DNA of 64,000 nucleotides from NCBI GenBank assembly GCA_050273025.1, contig CP158635.1, forward strand, positions 15,128,001 to 15,192,000. Reading direction: 5' to 3'. The translations under genes were made by a program, and so were the position numbers. The notes below the pieces were generated by a model. The model searched no databases and was not told the DNA's origin. It saw nothing but the letters and a program-made list of their open reading frames with translations. The stretch's first letter is position 1. Every line of letters begins with the position of its first letter. This DNA is from Cenococcum geophilum (taxonomy: Eukaryota). Positions 60,801 through 64,000 of this stretch are shown one piece after another.

Positions 60801-63800
60801 ATATATCTGTTTCTATAACCGTCTTTAGTCCTAGTTAATAGATCTTAAGAACTGGCTCCTAGGTAAATAACTCTTTAACTTTCTTAAAGAGTTCTCTTTA
60901 CTCCTCTCCCTACGCCTATAGTTCTTCTTTCTTTATTAACCGCGTAAATAGCTTAATGTCCTTTAATTACTACGCTATAACCCTTCTATAGTAATTATAA
61001 AACCCTAGAAACGATCTTAACTATATAACGTTCTCTAGTTCCTACCAATTTACTATAGCCTTAATCTTCTTTAGATTTATACTAAGTTAGCCTAGTTTAA
61101 TAATAAATCTAATGAAATTAGTCTTCCTAGTAAAGAACTTATATTTCTTAATTACTACTAGCATCTATTCTTCTTATAGTCTCTTTAAACCCTATTTAAT
61201 ATATTCCCCGTATTCTTCCTTAGTTATTAAATAGATAATAATATTGTTAAGATATACCATAACAAATTTATCTAAGTGTTCTCCTAATATATTATTAATA
61301 CGCTTTTAGAACGTTGCTAGTGTGTTTATAAGCCCGAATTGTATAACTAATAGCTTATATAGTCCTTCCTTTAACCTAAAGGCTGCCTTTTATTTGTCGC
61401 CTTCCTTAATCCTAATCTAATGGTACGCCTATCTTAGATCTATCTTCGTAAAGATTTGCGCATTGCCTATCCTGTCTTAGATTTCGCTAATTAAGGGTAA
61501 AGAATACCTATCCTTCCTAGTAATGCTATTTAACTGTCTATAGTCGATATATAGCCTTAGTTTACCATTCTTCTTTAGTACAAATAGTACTGGATAACCC
61601 GCTAATAACTACAATGGTCTAATATATCCCTTTCGTAGATTTTCCTAGATAAACTCTTTTAACGCTCTACCTTCTTCTTTAGTAAGCTTATAGATTAGAA
61701 AGAACCTTAAACTTATTCCTAGTTCTAACTCTATTTTATAGTCCTATGCTATATATTCTAATAGCTTTTCACTTTCCAGTAACCATAGTTTCTTGCCGTA
61801 TTTATGGTATCTCTTTAGTATATAGCTTAATCCTTTTTCTATTTCTTTATAGGTTGCTCCTACTTAGTACCATACTAACTTAGCTTATTATTACATCTTA
61901 CGACGTTAAGTATCTTTAATATTAACCTAACCTATAATCTAATTAATCCTTAGATTGTATTCCTATAACTAAGGCATACCTAATACTGCCTTGTCCCGTC
62001 CTAATAGTAGGATATTAAAAGACATCTCAATTTATCTTCCTTTAATAGTTATCTAAATAGGTCCTATTTTAAGGTTAATAATCCCTCCTCTATAGGTTAT
62101 TAGATCTCCTAAAATTGTAACTAATAGGTAAAATTGCTCCTTTTGTCTATAAGGTAGTCCTATTCTCTTAACTACTGCTAGTAAAATATAGTTTTGCGTT
62201 ACTCTACTATCTATTAGCGCTTTAAACTGCTGATTTTACCAATTAATTCATAAATTTAGGTGTTGTCCTTAAATTCCTTTAAGGGTTTAAGGCTCTACCA
62301 CTAGCTCCCTTTAGTCCTGTGGGCCTTTACTTTTCTTAACTATTAGCTACTTAATCCTAGTACACTTAGCTCGCTCTTTAGCTAATACCTAGTTCGCTTT
62401 TTATCTTTAATATACTATAGACATATATTTTTTAAGCATTCCCACCACTATTGTCCGTCTAAGTATTCTTCCATAAGAAATCTTCCTAGTTAAAGTACTA
62501 AACTTCCTTCCTCTTGGATTTCTATTAGATGCCATCTATATATATATTTAGCATTCCTATACTATTACTCGTCTATTATCTAGTATATCCTTATAGAGTA
62601 TTTCCAATTCTTTTCTTTTAGATTCTTATATATTTCGTATATATCATCTATATACGCAATCCATAATATTATATAGTATGCTAGGTGCTTTAGGTTAACT
62701 CTTGGCTTGTCTTTATCCCTAAGTTTAAACCTTTATTATACTAATCTAAATGTTATAACTTTATTCGTAGGTACTAAGATACGTCTTTTACTTCTCTAGT
62801 CCTCTAAACGTTCCTCTAAATCCTTTAACGTTATAATTAAGGCTCCTTTAATATACGTTATAGCCTTCTCTATAATCGGGTAGTTTTAGATAACTTTTTT
62901 ATCCAACCACATATAGAAATCTTCCTACTTATCACTATGTCATTGCCTATACTACTTTTAATATAGCTACTAAAGTATATATAGTCTGTTTGTAAGAAAA
63001 TATCTCTTTATTACTATATTGTAACAGCCTTTAGTATATTATTCCTTAAACCTAGTAGGAATCCCTAGATCCTCTTTTTATTCCAGTTTAGTAAGCTACT
63101 TGGCTCTTAGTGTGCCTACTCTTAGCCTATTAATAATTCTTTATACTAGTGCTCTATCCTTTATACATCCTAATATACTAGATCTTTTGTCTAGTTTCTA
63201 TTCTTGCTATAAGGTAATTCTTTACCTAAATTCCTCTATGGTTTCCTTTACGTCGCGTCTTATAAGTAGATCCTTAAAGTCATCTTGCTTCTTAATCTTA
63301 GTATTAACTTTTTAATCTTTAGGCTAAATACTATGCTCCCCTAGTAAGTCCTCTAGGTCTATATATCTGTCTCCCAGTCTAATTGCTATTTATGTTATAG
63401 ATTCTCTGATCTATAGAGAAGCTCCTTACCTCTTATTTATAGGTGTTTTAATTTATACTCCAAATTCTTAACCCCTTAGGTTCTTTAATCCTAAGCTTGC
63501 TTCTAACTTAAGTTTAGCCTCTGCCTTAGTTTAACTAGGCTTAACTAGTGTCCTTATCTTGTCTTAAGAGTCCTAGATCTCACTTATCTTATCTTAAAAA
63601 TCTTATACCATTAGGAATTCTTATCCTAAGCTTATTTATATGTCTTTAAACTAAGCCACTGCTCTGCTCTATCGGTTTCTATCTATTATAGGTCCTTAAG
63701 CTTACCTTATCTTATCTTAAGAATCTTAGTTATCTTTTATCTTATCTTAAGAATCTTAAGCCTTTAGCCTTTTGCCTTTATTAAGTGCCGAAGTAGTTTA

Positions 63801-64000
63801 CTATCCTACTTCTCTTACGTCTCGCAAAGCGATAGACATTATATCTAGTGGGGTTTTAATCCCTACTAATGTTCCTTATTCTATAATAGAATTATCCTCT
63901 ACCTCTGGTATAACATTTTTAAGGTCTACTTACTTCTAGTAAGCGGCCCTTGTTACCTTATCGTCACAGAATGTTTTACCTAGGTTAAATTTATTATCCT
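57802..64000 (-). mobile_element. Gypsy chromovirus (Gypsy-2), same family as Gypsy-1; 5' part lies outside the window
   Basis: 3' LTR at 57802..58226, PPT complement CCATCTCCCTCCTCTTT at 58227..58243. Minus-strand PR (~62000-62260), RT (~61100-61720), RH, IN and chromodomain (~59000-59110) align with Gypsy-1. Confidence 0.94.
58335..59018 (+). pseudogene. Antisense accessory gene of Gypsy-2: Zn(II)2Cys6-like domain, intron 58564..58618, coiled-coil
   Basis: ATG at 58335: MPKASSLSSIAHR...IMLSPCSR(C)AKEGLV(C)IALASPLS**PSS(C)LECTRANI*SF(C)NIRSISDAK-W (split by the intron)-...AEKLKGNLAAALAKA...K*GLQEL. The right boundary is approximate. Confidence 0.75.

Noticed and set aside
3491..63315. Remaining short ORFs in the track (e.g. 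3491, 10098, 14837, 15284, 33026, 40006, 41821, 45725, 47869, 54647, 55467, 55570, 63100)
   Set aside because: Chance frames in RIP-mutated or repetitive DNA, mostly antisense or off-frame to TE genes. 14845..15087, 15868..16074 and 27174..27386 are real TE protein fragments and are covered by the element calls.
2063..64000. Calling the AT-rich block a centromere, or defining Starship termini
   Set aside because: RIP-mutated TE nests also occur outside centromeres. The captain's 5' end is missing and no terminal direct repeat could be identified.

Overview
Fungal (Pezizomycotina-like) genomic DNA. The first ~2.05 kb is GC-balanced and holds the 3' part of an intact, intron-containing fungal-specific transcription factor gene. 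From ~2.06 kb to the end, the window is an AT-rich block heavily altered by repeat-induced point mutation (RIP; CpA>TpA and TpG>TpA changes). The block opens with a 5'-truncated DUF3435 tyrosine-recombinase pseudogene (the Starship 'captain' family), whose last 10 codons are displaced 15.5 kb by a Gypsy insertion. About 40 kb of the block up to 57.8 kb resolves into nested transposons with readable boundaries and, for nearly all, target-site duplications (TSDs): a Gypsy chromovirus, two solo LTRs, a full-length Tad1-type LINE, a poly(A)-tailed retro-insert, a Fot1/pogo element, three GalEa-type Copia elements, a TRIM, three fold-back MITEs, Harbinger-, hAT- and CACTA-type miniature elements, and a 2.5 kb TIR element built from six satellite arrays. 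A second Gypsy of the same family runs off the right edge. Removing the insertions leaves ~15 kb of RIP-degraded backbone with gene-like relics, possibly decayed Starship cargo. Most notable: both Gypsy copies carry an antisense, spliced Zn(II)2Cys6/coiled-coil gene and repeated C-x4-C-x2-H motifs between gag and protease; the TRIM has a self-priming-type PBS; and the fold-back MITEs share a core but have different TIRs. All calls were made by eye, and protein motifs in RIP-mutated DNA are partly back-corrected.
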